From: Octopus sinensis
Taxonomy: Eukaryota
Assembly: GCF_006345805.1 (NCBI RefSeq)
Contig: NC_043016.1
Location: forward strand, 31,620,001 to 31,684,000
Reading direction: 5' to 3'
Length of the DNA: 64,000 nt
This document shows, in pieces, positions 52,001-64,000 of the stretch. Each line of letters begins with the position of its first letter. Position 1 is the first letter of the stretch. A program made the position numbers and the translations under genes. The notes beneath the pieces were generated by a model, which was given only the letters and a program-made list of their open reading frames with translations, did no database searches and was not told the origin of the DNA.

Positions 52001-52265
52001 GGAATCATGTCTACATTTGTCTCTGAGCAAATTTTTCCCAAGACATATAAATTAACTAACAGATTAATTCTTAATTTCTCAAAATGACCTCCCTGCCCCA
52101 TTTTTTTTTTGTTTGGTTTTTAGACTTTATAGCATTATTATCAGGTTTTTATAGTCTTTTTCTAAAAGGGAAATTTTGGTTATGAATAATTTTTCACATA
52201 CAGCATTCAGTACATCACACTTTGGAACATGGGCTTATTATTAAATACTTCACAGGATATTTTAA

Positions 52266-54373
52266 AAAGCCAGGCTTAGGAAGAGCCCTGAGAACAGACA
52301 ATATCCCATATAATGTTTATAAGCAGCTTTCTGGGCCCCACACAAACCGTTTATGATGGTGATATTGGCAGAAAAAAAAAAGGTTTGGCTACTCTATGAT
52401 GCAGATTGGGTGGTGTATATCCACTGACAGAAGAGAATTTAGTACTCTTAACAAAGTTTCAACTGATCTCTCTGCTGAATATTGATGGTAAGGTCTTTGC
52501 TGGCATAACAGCACAACAAGTCATGAAATCAAAACAGCTATACTATAATTTCTGTACAGAAATTGATTTTCCAGGAATGCATGGTTTCAAGGTAGTGAAA
52601 TCTGGGATAAGATTCCATGTGCCAAGAAGGATAGACAGGATTTTGTGATTGTCTGATTAGAGTTAGCAAATGCCTTATGGTTCCATATCACAGGTTCTTG
52701 TGGGAGAACTTCTGGAATACCATAAATATGCAGGAACTGATGATGGTAATACTATAACAATTTTTTAAAGAGTTGTTCTGCTACAAACTTTAGAATAAAA
52801 CGGCAAAGATAGAAACTAAAATAGCCATATCACCATCCTAGCACAGAATAATAAAGTCATGAGCAATATCTTATCATGGCTGGATAAATTAGTTGATTGA
52901 ACTGGAATGAATTTCAAGACCAAGAATTCAAGACATGTAGTAAAACTACAAAGAGAAAAACGTCAACAACAGATACAAGACAGTTGGGGAGCTCATGCAG
53001 TACCTACCAAAAAGGATATGAGTAAAATTATATACAAGTCTGCACACTGGGAGTCACATTTGCTTCAACTTCAATCATGCAACAGCACAAGTGTGGAAAA
53101 GTATGCAGAATTATATTGCTGTAAGACTCAGAAGTTTGAATGAAATGTTCAGACCCATAAAAATAAAAAAAACTACACATGGTGAAAATGGAGGGTAGAA
53201 GAAGAAACTGAAGAAGTTATATGATTATTACAATACCAGGACATTGTTGGAGAAGTACAATCAACAACGAAAGGGTTAGGCCATGGACCTTTTATACCTT
53301 CATTGTCAATGGCAAAGAAGTAGAAAAAAAGGAGGCAATTCAAGAAGGAATAAAGGAAAAAAAGACAAATAGATGATATATACAATTAGTGCAGAGCCAC
53401 AAATAAATCAACATCTTAGTTGTGAAAGTAAAGTAATTGAAAGAAAAGTGTCCTGCAGTGAACAAGCTCACATAAGTTTCTTGATTCAGGCTATTTTATG
53501 ATATGTTACAAGGTTAGTCAACTGTGTTTGTAACAAGAGGAAAACAAGACATAGTCTCTTTAGCTGCCACATAAGTCTACAAAAACTGTATTTATGGTAA
53601 TGTAATAGAGTTATGACTATCATCAGTGCTGCAGCAGAAAGGAAGCTCGCTGATATTAAACAATGGCTTGTTACTTTTAATCAGAAAAACAAGACTAGTT
53701 CAGATCCATAATCAGGGTACTGTATACTAAAACACAAACAAACCTCAAAACAGATCGATACCAGATGGAGTAAGAAAAAGCAAGTGGTGACTGATTTAGG
53801 AAGGACACACTTCCAGCTGTAGCTACATGCTGAAGGCTCAATCTGGTGTTGTGGAACCTGGATAAGAATGTCATCAAGATTGTGGAGCTCACCATTAGCT
53901 GATTGATAGTCAAACAATAGAATGACTTACAAATGAAAATTACAAAGCACTCATTGATGAGAGTGTAGAATATGGAGTAAAGTGTTAATAGTAGAAGTTG
54001 GATGTCAAGGTTACATCAAAAGTAGATTATTAGCTCCACTGATGAGGCTGAGATTTGTAACAAAGAGGAAAAGACAACTCATCATAAAGAAAGTCATACA
54101 TTTTGGGATTCAGCCTAAGTTAAATAACACCTGCAAAGGAAGAATTAAAAAAAAAGAAAACACCCCTCAGATTGATTATTTTTCATATGAATCCAGTTTA
54201 CAGATGAAGCATGATCTTTTCCATGATAAAGGCAGTGAAACCATATGATCATCACAACCACTAGTTATAATGAAATGCAAAGACCTGACTGCAACACTTA
54301 AAAGTACATTTAAACTTCACATGAATTTTTTGGAAGCTTTCAACAGACTGCCCATAATTTGAAGAATTAACTG
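52266..54373 (+). mobile_element. 5'-truncated, degenerate RLE-type non-LTR retrotransposon (HERO/NeSL-like) with 29-bp TSD
   Basis: RT remnants DNIPYNVYKQ, FQLISLLNIDGKVF, DFVIV*LELANA.YGSI and GMNFKTKNSR; RLE remnants RLNLVLWN...KIVELT, ENYKALIDE and IVEVGCQGY; flanked by ATTATTAAATACTTCACA(G/A)GATATTTTAA at 52237-52265 and 54374-54402. Confidence 0.8.
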
Positions 54374-54859
54374 ATTATTAAATACTTCACAAGATATTTT
54401 AAGCTTTAGCCAACTTTCTACGTTTATGTATTTTAATCAGTATTTTAGTATAGAATTAGCAAAAAGTGATAGATAGGGCTTAGGTACCTAGTCTCTTCAC
54501 TCTTCCTTTCTTGAGCCTAGGTAGTATCTATTCTTTCACTCGAGTTGAAAGAAATAGTAACCAAATCTACGAATTATGCCCTGATGTCTTAAACAAAAAG
54601 AAAGAATTCATCAAATAATAATAATAATAATAATAATAATAATTGGCTTCAAATTTTGGCACAAGGCCAGCAAATTTGAGGTGGGGTTAAGTCAATTACA
54701 TTGATGCCAGTATGCAACTGGTACTTACTTTATCAATCCCAAAAGGATGAATGGCAAAGTCAACCTTGGCGGAATTTGATCTCAGAATGCAGCAACAGGC
54801 AAAATACCGCTAAGCATTTCATCCAGTGTGCTAATGATTCTGCCAGCTTGCTTTATTAT

Positions 54860-55890
54860 TACCTCTGCTTTCGCTAAGGCAGAGGTATTGTATTCAGTTG
54901 TGTTTGTTTGTGTCTGTGGACAAGATATCTGGATGGAGTGGAATGAAACTTTCAGGGATGTTTGGCCTCATGACTTGCATGAACTGATTAGATTTGGGGA
55001 TCGATCTGGTACCGGATAAAAATTCTGGATTATTTGTTATATTTATTTTACTATACATGAAGTATTATGATCTTATGTTGACTTTCAAGTCTTTCTCTGA
55101 TTATCTCCCTTGAAAACACACTCATGGTTTCCATGTAAGTTATGGCAGCGTTACTGTTTCCAAAGTCTTATTTTCGTTTCTCTATTATCAATTTTACTAG
55201 TGTCTCTATTTTAGAAACTGATTGATAAAGAAATCAAACAACATAAACAAATGGCAGCAAAACCTTTCAGAAATTAAATAACACTAACATATTCAGTAAC
55301 AATAATAATTTAATTTATCCTTGACAATTTTTAGTTTTACCAATTTTGAATATATCGCTCCTGTTTATAACTTCTTACCTACTTGACAATTGCATTTCTA
55401 GCTCTGCCTTGAAGGAAGCTTTACTTCTTGGACTCACGTTTTTGTGCACAATGATGTTGCTAAACCTCTGTTAACAGCACCGTATGCAGGTCCTTTCCAT
55501 TTTCTTTCATGTATGGATAAATTTTTCACTATAGACCTTAATGGTCATAAAGATATTATATTAGTGGATAGACTAGAAAAGGCCTTCATAGAGAAAACTG
55601 TCCCTGTTCCCACTGCAGACAACACACATACAGCATTACAAGCTCAACCCACACACCCACCTCCACATTCCATGTCTACCATTGGGATCAATCAGGTACC
55701 AGACAAGGATTTTGGATTATTTTTCCAGTTTATTTTACTTAATTTTTGAAAGCGTTTGGGTTCATTTTTAGTATTCTCATTTGTGAGAGCAGTCGAGTTT
55801 ATTTCAGATATTCTCATTTTAAAATTTATCTCTGGCTAATTGTTGGTGTTGCCTTGGCGGAAGTTTGTGCTCACTGAGTGATCTTATTAT
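54860..55890 (+). mobile_element. Helentron/HINE-like element(s) enclosing a Gypsy fragment
   Basis: 5' hairpin ACCTCTGC...GCAGAGGT (54861-54886) and 3' CCTTGGCGGAAGTTTGTGCTCACTGAGTG; the internal segment GATC.ATC.GGTACC.GA.AA..TT.TGGATTATTT is duplicated at about 55000 and 55688. Confidence 0.55.
55395..55625 (+). mobile_element. Gypsy LTR-retrotransposon integrase C-terminal (GPY/F) fragment
   Basis: WTHVFVHNDVAKPLLTAPYAGPFHFL...KFFTIDLNGHKDIILVDRLEKAF matches THVFVR.D..RKPL..PY.GP....K.F.I..NG......DRLKPA. Confidence 0.85.
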
Positions 55891-57114
55891 TATTATTATT
55901 ATTATTATTAAAATACTACTAAAGCAACAAATTAACAAGAGTCATTAGCACATTGAATGAAATACCTTGTGGGACTTGTTCCAACTCTCTGTGCTCTGAG
56001 TTCAAATCTTATTCTGGTCAACTTTGCCTTTTATCCTTCTGGGGTCAATAAAGTACAGATCCAGGGGATGTATTGACAGAACTTTCAGAGGGTGATTCAA
56101 GATGACCTTGCAATAGCTGTTACAGTTCTTTATGTTACGATAGTAAAAGCTATGAGGACATTGCTACCATGTTGTATCACTCTGAGTCTTTGGCCTTTCC
56201 CTTGGACAAATATTGGTGGCATGGAGATGGAAGACTTGCAGACACAAGCGACTGCCTGCCTTCTTAAAAAAAGTGATCTTATCAGAACTTGTATATGCAT
56301 CTGTTGATGCAAGGCCAACAGTGACCAATAGAGACCCTAAATGCCCCTAAAAATGTTGAGACTGTCACTAGTGGAATGTTTTGTATCATACATCTGCTTG
56401 ATCAGACTAGGTACTGAGCTAAACAACAATTTTTCATTGTTCAAAATAATATTGAATAGCAGATTTAATACTGTATCTAACCTTACTAACATATTATAGG
56501 ATAGGCAGTAGACTAAAATGACATTAGAAAAAAAAAATTATTAAGCTAATGCTGTAATCTCTAGCTTGTTAATAAGCTTATAATTATATAAATTAAAAAC
56601 AATTTTTAACTCTGTACAATATTTTGTAGAGTAGCATCTACAGATTTTTCATTCAAAAGTACTTGAATTAGATATGAGGGGCAAAAAAACAAAAAAAAAA
56701 AGTTCAACTCTGTTGAATGAAAGAAAATGCAGGATGTAATGAGATGAGAGTAACAACTTTAAGCTGATAGCTTTACTGTGTCTGCCATCTCACTGTCTTA
56801 ATATACATGAAATATTACTATTTACAACTCTGAAAATTATTTTCACATTTCATCATAAGTTTATACGACAAATGTAGGAAATAAGATTCAATTGTATGGA
56901 TCTGAAACAAAATGTATTAAGTAATATATTTCGGGTAGTTTAGTGTCTATAACATTTTAAATTTGATTAGATATTTCAAACATAGTATTAGCGGTTGGTA
57001 TTGTGTGTGTGCATGTGTATTTGTGTATGCACATACATACATACATCCATTTACATACATACATACATTTGTTGATTCACCAGAAGTGATAAATTACAAA
57101 ATTCAATACAAGTA

Positions 57115-57320
57115 CTCTTTTACTTGTTTTCAGTCATTTGACTGCGGCCATGCTGGAGCACCACCTTTAGTCGAGCAACTCGACCCCGGGACTTATTCTT
57201 TTTGTAAGCCCAGTACTTATTCTATCGGTCTCTTTTTGCCAAACCGCTAAGTAACAGGGGACGTAAACACACCAGCATCGGTTGTCAAGCAATGCTAGGG
57301 GAACAAACACAGACACACAA

Positions 57321-57355
<35 letters not shown>

Positions 57356-57520
57356 CGACAGGTTTCTTTCAGTTTCCGTCTACCAAATCCACTCACAAGG
57401 CATTGGTCGGCCCGGGGCTAGAGCAGAAGACACTTGCCCAAGATGCCATGCAGTGGGATTGAACCCAGAACCATGTGGTTGGTTAGTAAGCTACTTACCA
57501 CACAGCCACTCCTGCGCCTA
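57115..57520 (-). mobile_element. Young (CpG-rich) SINE family A copy
   Basis: Near-consensus full-length copy in reverse orientation. Confidence 0.9.
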
Positions 57521-59079
57521 TGTGGTGTGCAGAGTATTCTTCAATACATTACAACTGAAAGTTCCGATTTCCAGTACTCATTATTACTCATTTCCAATCA
57601 TCAATGGTACACTGGGCGTCATTTGCCAGCCTCCCCTGGCCCCTGTGCCAGTGGCATGTAAAGAGCACCCACTACACTCACGAAGTGGTTGGTGTTAGGA
57701 AGGGCATCCGGCTGTAGAAACAATGCCAGATCAGACTGGAGCTTGGCACAGCCTCCTCGCTTCCCAGACCCTGGTCGAACCGTCCAACCCATGTTAGCAT
57801 GGAAAACGTACATTAAACGATGATGATGATGATGATTAAGGCAATGCTTATATTATTCTTTCATTTAGAATGTAATGATAAGTGTTTCCTTCAAATTTTC
57901 ATTTCATATTTCAAAAAAATATTCAGATATTGAATGCTCAAAAGAAAACCAGGCTCAGTTTAACAGCTGATGGTTGGAAACGAACAACCTGGAAATCAAA
58001 ACCTTTCAATTATAAGGATTAAATACACACACACACACGCATACACAAAGGGAGGAAGAAACATGGAGGTATGGAGAAAATGAGTCAAAGAGAAGAGACT
58101 GAATGTGTAAATAGTTAGACACATATTAGACTGTTCTAGTCTGGTGAATTTAGAAAACATAGCATTCAATTTGAATTGTTGGTAGTTTAGTGTTTAAAAG
58201 GAAAATAACGGGTGAGAAGAGGGTGGCACGGAGATAGAAATTTGGGGAAAGAGTTATAAAACTTATTACATTTAGAAATTGGTGAGAAAATAACAGGATG
58301 TAATGACTCAATTGAAATGATAGACAGATACACACACACACAGAGGAAAGTATGATTGAGCTAAAAGGAATTTTGTGATAGTATCAGCATGACAAAACAT
58401 TAGAAATGTTAAAATAACATATAAATTTGTCATCTTTTAACCAAATTCTTAGTAAAAGGTATGTTTCAAGCCCTTATAGGCAAAGTACCATCTCATGAAA
58501 ATCCACTATATATAACATTGACAACTCTTATGTTATGAGTACCGACTTTTAATTATATCAGTAATGTAAATTTCAAGAACCGAATAAAGTAAGTATGGGT
58601 TAAACACAGACCATTTAGTAGGTGGAGGGGGAGGGGAATAAAACAACAGGATGTGTTAGCAGTCTGTTGTAAAATGAATAAACAAATAAATATGGAAAAA
58701 AACAAAGTCTGTATGGATACTCTAAGATTAATGATGTTTAACAGAGTAGTTGTTTCACAAACATTAGTAACAACAGTTTTTACCAAATGATGCTGGTTAG
58801 CTTCTCGAACATGAAACTATTAGTAATATTATATTTAGATTTTCTATGTCAAAACTTGCTACTTTAAACAACAGTTCAATGGAAGTAAAATTTGGCTCTG
58901 TGTCTAAAATAAAAACTGCAATATTTACTTCATAAAAATAGTTTCATACAAAAATATAAAACTTTTCAACATACTAAATCTCAAAAAGAAGGCAACTAAT
59001 TAAAAAGGGAATTGGACATTTTCTTTCTTTCTTACTACCACACCTAGCTCATGCACCAAATGTTAAATTTCCAAAGGCT

Positions 59080-59104
59080 CTTATATATAAATAAATATAT
59101 ATAA

Positions 59105-59140
<36 letters not shown>

Positions 59141-59560
59141 AAATAAATATATATACATAAATAAATATATAAGTATATATATATATATATATAAATAAAT
59201 ATATATATATAAATAAATATATATAAGTATATATATATATATATGTATAAATAAATATATATATATAAATAAATAAATATATATATATGTATAAATAAAT
59301 ATATATGTACATATATATATATATATATGTATATGTATATATATTATATGTATATGTATATATATATATATATGTATAAATAAATATATATATATATATA
59401 TGTATAAATAAATATATATATAAATAAATATATATATAAATAAATAAATATATATATAAATAAATATATATATATAAATAAATAAATATATATATGTATA
59501 TATATGTATATATATATATATATGTATAAATAAATATAAGTATATATATATATATATATA
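59080..59560. repeat. Compound AT-rich minisatellite (TATAAATAAATATATATA / AAGTATATA / TGTATA units)
   Basis: Direct observation; the same orientation and units continue at 60050-60830, on the other side of the palindrome. Confidence 0.95.
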
Positions 59561-60022
59561 TATGAAAAAACAAGTCAAAAATAGAAAATGCTAAAATAAT
59601 TTTATAGTGAACATTTCGGTACCGGTTTCGGTCATTTTGAGACCTTTTCAACTGTAACGATTAAATAATTAAATTTAGAAAAATTAGAAGAAAAGTTTTT
59701 TTAAAGGAATATTTCTATAGTAGTGTTCAGATATAAGTGGCATTCTGCCTTTCTCTGACTCCCTTGTTTGCACTTGTGTGTTGGAGGTCGACCTCCAACA
59801 CACAAGTGCAAACAAGGGAGTCAGAGAAAGGCAGAATGCCACTTATATCTGAACACTACTATAGAAATATTCCTTTAAAAAAACTTTTCTTCTAATTTTT
59901 CTAAATTTAATTATTTAATCGTTACAGTTGAAAAGGTCTCAAAATGACCGAAACCGGTACTGAAATGTTCACTATAAAATTATTTTAGCATTTTCTATTT
60001 TGACTTGTTTTTTCATATATAT
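59555..60022. repeat. ~465-bp spacerless palindrome (head-to-head inverted Penelope-terminal-repeat-like units)
   Basis: Centre GGAGGTC|GACCTCC at 59789/59790; arms of about 232 bp differ by one substitution and one 1-bp indel; both arms end in (TA)n. Confidence 0.95.
59920..59967 (+). ncRNA. Minimal type I hammerhead ribozyme, U3-A8 variant (mirror copy on minus strand at 59612-59659)
   Basis: CGTTACAG-TTGAAAA-GGTC(TCAAAAT)GACC-GAAA-C(CG)G-TA^-CTGAAATG; stem I 7/8 pairs, palindromic ACCGGT stem III/loop, GUA triplet. Confidence 0.7.
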
Positions 60023-60048
60023 CAACTCGTGTGTTCCTTTCCACCCTT

Positions 60049-60049
<1 letters not shown>

Positions 60050-60116
<67 letters not shown>

Positions 60117-60590
60117 AAATAAATATATATATATAAATAAATATATATAAGTATATATATATATATATATATGTATAAATAAATATATATATATATATAA
60201 ATAAATATATATAAGTATATATATATATATATATGTATAAATAAATATATATATAATAAATATATATAAGTATATATATATATATATATATATGTATAAA
60301 TAAATATATATATATATAAAAAAATATATAAGTATATATATATATATATATATGTATAAATAAATATATATATATATAAATAAATATATATAAGTATATA
60401 TATATATATATGTATAAATAAATATATATATATAAATAAATATATATAAGTATATATATATATATATATATAATAAATATATATATAAATATATATATAT
60501 AAATATATATAAATGAATATATATATAAATATATATATATAAATAAATATATAAATAAATATATATATATATATAAATATATATATAAAT

Positions 60591-60665
<75 letters not shown>

Positions 60666-60760
60666 AATATATATAAAAATATATACATATAAATAAACAT
60701 ACATATATATATATAAATAAACATATATATAAATAAATATATATATAAATTAAAAAATTA

Positions 60761-60792
<32 letters not shown>

Positions 60793-60795
60793 CAG

Positions 60796-60826
<31 letters not shown>

Positions 60827-60830
60827 TAGA
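60050..60830. repeat. Compound AT-rich minisatellite/microsatellite ending in (GA)n/(GACA)n
   Basis: Direct observation; this is the source of the long Y/I-rich pseudo-ORFs. Confidence 0.95.
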
Positions 60831-61694
60831 TAAATAGCTATATGTTCATTGGCCATTTTTACATTACTAAATGCTGCTGATGCCATAAGAATTTATAAAC
60901 TTTCGAGAGAATCATCATCATCATCATCATCATCATTTAACGTCCGTTCTCCATGCTAGCATGGGTTGGACGGTTCGACCGGGGATCTGGGAAGCCAGAA
61001 GGCTGCACCAGGCTCCAGTCTTATCTGGCAATGTTTCTACAGCTGGATGCCCTTTCTAACGGTGAATGTTAAATAATTCTTTTTTTGGGGAGTGAATATG
61101 TCAAAGCACATAGAGAAAGCTTTTATGTGCATGCTTTGAGATATTCCAAAAAAAGAATTATATAACTAGATTGTGTAACACTACTATTTACTGTGCAGAG
61201 ATAAATACAGATTAAAGACACAATATATTTAAATTTAATACAATGAGAAACATATCAACCATGCATTTGATCTTTTATATAAAAATCTGATATGTATACA
61301 CACGCACACACACACACACACACCTATCTACTTTCTACTTGTTAGACAAGCATGATAGATATGTCAGCAATGCCTGTGCAAGGGTTTCAAGTCAAGTGCA
61401 GCTTTCACAAAACCACAATGACTCTCACTAGCAACACCACAAAGTTCCGAGACAAGCAAAGGGCAAGATATCCAGGTCAGTAGAGCTGGTATATGAGAGC
61501 CTTCTCCTCGGGGGATGCCTTGACAAAGACCAGAGGTCACTCAATCCCAGTGGACTTACTGTGTTATTGGAAACTAACCAGAGTATCTCTACATCCAGGC
61601 ATGCACACACACACACACATCGTACATACATATACATATTTATTTATATATATATATTGAGAGAGAGAGAGAGAGAGAGAGAGATAAATACAAG

Positions 61695-63900
61695 TTCTTC
61701 TGGGTGGGCAGCAATGATGGGATAGGTATTCTTTTGGCAGAGAAGTGAGTGGATAAGGTGATTGAGGTAGTTAGGGTGTAATAGGATTATTAAGCTAAGA
61801 TTAGTCCGGTTTAAAGAAAACCTGTCGTTTATCTCTGCATATGGTCCATATGTTGAACTCGCAAATATTCAGGACTGATTCTATGAATCCCTTCTTCAGA
61901 ATACTTTGACGATAAAAGACAATAACATTCTCATCATGGCAGGGGACTTCAATGGTCATGTTGGAAAATACTCCAATGGTTTTTTTTTAAGGCATGTATG
62001 GAGGCTACAACTTTGGTTACAAAAGGAGGAGCGAACAAAGCTGCTGGAGTTTGTGAAGCAAATGCCTTAATAGCTTGCAGTACCAACTTCAGGAAACCTG
62101 TCGGCCATCTGATCACTTATCAATTTGTTGGGCACACCAGCCAGGTGGACTACATCCTCACCAGAAACAGGGACAGGGACTTGTGAATGCAAAGTCTTTC
62201 CCAGGTGAAGAATCTACAGCTCATCAGAGGTGAGTGGTTAGCGACTTTGGACTTAAGCCTAGAAGGATCCTGATGGAAAAGGAGATTATGGAAGCTCAAG
62301 GATCTTTCAAATGGGCAGAGATTTAGAGATGTTCTTTATGAAGTCTTTGATGAAAAGGAGGAAGAGATGGAGACATACAACATAGAAGACAACTAGAAGT
62401 TATTATGGGACAGTCAACTGAGGATGTCAGACTAAATCTGGTTGGAGCAAAGCTTCCCCCTGACCAAGGGTGACATGGTGGTGGAAGAGTGAGATCAACA
62501 GGGCTATAAAAGAGAAGAAACGGGCTTGGAAAGAGTGAGAGTATAAAGAACCATATCAGATTGCTAAAAAAGAAGCTAGGCACTAGGTGTATCTAATAAA
62601 GGGCAGAAGTAGAAAGGAAAAAGTTTGCTTATGTCTTACAGCATGAAAGTCAGAGACTTGAGATGTTCTGGATTTCCAGACAGTGTGTTAGACAGAATCA
62701 AGATCTTATGGAAGAGAAGAGTGTACAGACAATTAATGGTACACTTGCTCTTAGTGATCCTGAAAAGAAAGAAGCATGGAAGAGCTAATATGAAGGGCTA
62801 TTAAATGTGGAGAACGAATGGAAGCAAGGGAGTCTCCCTCATGTGAATCCAACAGAGGGACCAGCTTTTCTAGTTGACAGCAAAATGATAGATAAGGCAA
62901 TTAAAGATATGATGATAGGGAAGGCTCCTGATCCATCAGGAGTTACCTTTGAGATGCTTACAATATCTTGTAGAGTTAGATACTGTGTAATCACCTATAT
63001 AGTTAATTAATCAGGTTATTCAGAAAGGCATAATCCTTTGTGATCAGTGTAGCAGTAATGTAGTCAACTCCTACAAGGGCAAGGGAGATGCATTAGATAG
63101 ATGTAATTAAAGAGGCAGGTGATGAAAGTTGTGGAGAGTTGTTGCCCAATTAACAGAATTAGACTTGATGAAATGCAGTTTGGCTGATGCTAAGTTCATA
63201 GTCAGGCAACTTCAAAACAAGTACTTAGATAAGAACACGCTGTTATACTTCACATTTGTTGATCTAGATAAAGCATTTGACAGGGTACCTCTTTCTGTGA
63301 TATGGTGGCCTCTGAGGACGCTAGAGATAGACGAATGGCTTGTGAAAGCAGTACAAGCTATGTACAGGGGTGCTATTAGTAAGGAAATATTTAGCCATGG
63401 GTACAATAATGAATTTAGTATACAGGTAGGTGTTCACCAAGGCTTGGTCCTCATCTCCCTCCTAGTCATCATCGTCCTCCAAGCCAAAACAGAGGAATTT
63501 AAGACTGGAAGACAATGGGAATAACTGATGATCTGGCTCTCATAGCAGAATCTATAACCGAATTAGAAAAGAAATTCCATGGGTGGAAATAGAATGTGGA
63601 ATCAAAGGGTCTTAAAGTTAACTTAGCAAAGACCAATATTCTATTAAGAAAGAATTCAGACAGGACCTTTCACTCTTCAGGTAAATGGCCCTGCTTGACA
63701 TGTAGGAAGGGTGTAGGCAGAAATTCCATTTGGTGTACTCAGTATAAGCTATAGACACACAAGGTGGATTGGAATAATAGGATGGGTTGGCAAAGATAGT
63801 GTTTGCATGAGGAAAATGTATATGAGCCATGAAGACTATAGATACATGGGAAACTGATTTCCTCAAATGTACCTGAGTAGGATGAAGAAAGTTCAGAGAG
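61695..63900 (+). mobile_element. Degenerate RTE-clade LINE (APE + RT)
   Basis: APE remnants FFWVGSN.GIGILLAEK, AGDFNGHVG and SQVDYIL; RT remnants KAIKDMMIGKAPDPSGVT, YFTFVDLDKAFDRVP and VGVHQGLVL; many stops and frameshifts. Confidence 0.92.
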
Positions 63901-64000
63901 CTTTTACCCCTGTTGGCAACCAGAGTTCTCTCTCTCTCTCTCCAAGTGAAAGGAAGATTGTATGAGAGGAAGAATGTATGATGCAAAAGAATGTGAACTG

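Noticed and set aside
51749-52087. 112-aa plus ORF and antisense frame DKPVMFRRAVPILP...WDTEYNER
   Set aside because: No recognisable homology or consistent exon chain; left unannotated, although a real exon cannot be excluded.
55381-55470. Apparent minus-strand exon (RFSNIIVHKNVSPRSKASF...) with AG and GTAAGA sites
   Set aside because: The opposite strand is clearly a Gypsy integrase fragment, so the splice-like sites are probably coincidental.
59049-60724. Long ORFs of 165-239 aa rich in Y/I
   Set aside because: Translations of the AT minisatellite. The same applies to the many YIYI/CVCV/THTH ORFs across the window.

Overview
AT-rich, microsatellite-dense eukaryotic genomic DNA. The repeat families (tRNA-headed SINEs, RTE LINEs with (GAT)n tails, abundant (TA)n) look like an octopus or other coleoid cephalopod; this is inferred from repeat content. 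Almost all ORFs in the track are microsatellite or repeat artefacts. The only recognisable host-type coding sequence is an intronless, internally deleted and frameshifted thymidylate kinase (DTYMK) copy at 4073-4549 (-). A CpG-rich TATA promoter at about 18.75 kb (+) probably starts a gene whose long intron(s) cover much of the rest of the window, but its coding exons could not be identified. Transposon remnants include RTE, CR1/L2, an RLE-type (HERO/NeSL-like) LINE with a 29-bp TSD, Penelope-like pieces, a Gypsy integrase fragment, and hAT, mariner, piggyBac and Helentron-like non-autonomous elements. Three observations stand out. (1) Several short (TA)n-anchored Penelope-terminal-repeat-like elements carry type I hammerhead ribozymes; two families have the compensatory U3-A8 core, and one sits in a ~465-bp spacerless palindrome. 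(2) A 1.59-kb ORF1-only (HAL1-like) retroelement is inserted into a SINE with a 14-bp TSD and carries a 4x covarying stem-loop array in its 3' UTR. (3) A pre-miRNA-like hairpin lies just downstream of the TATA promoter.
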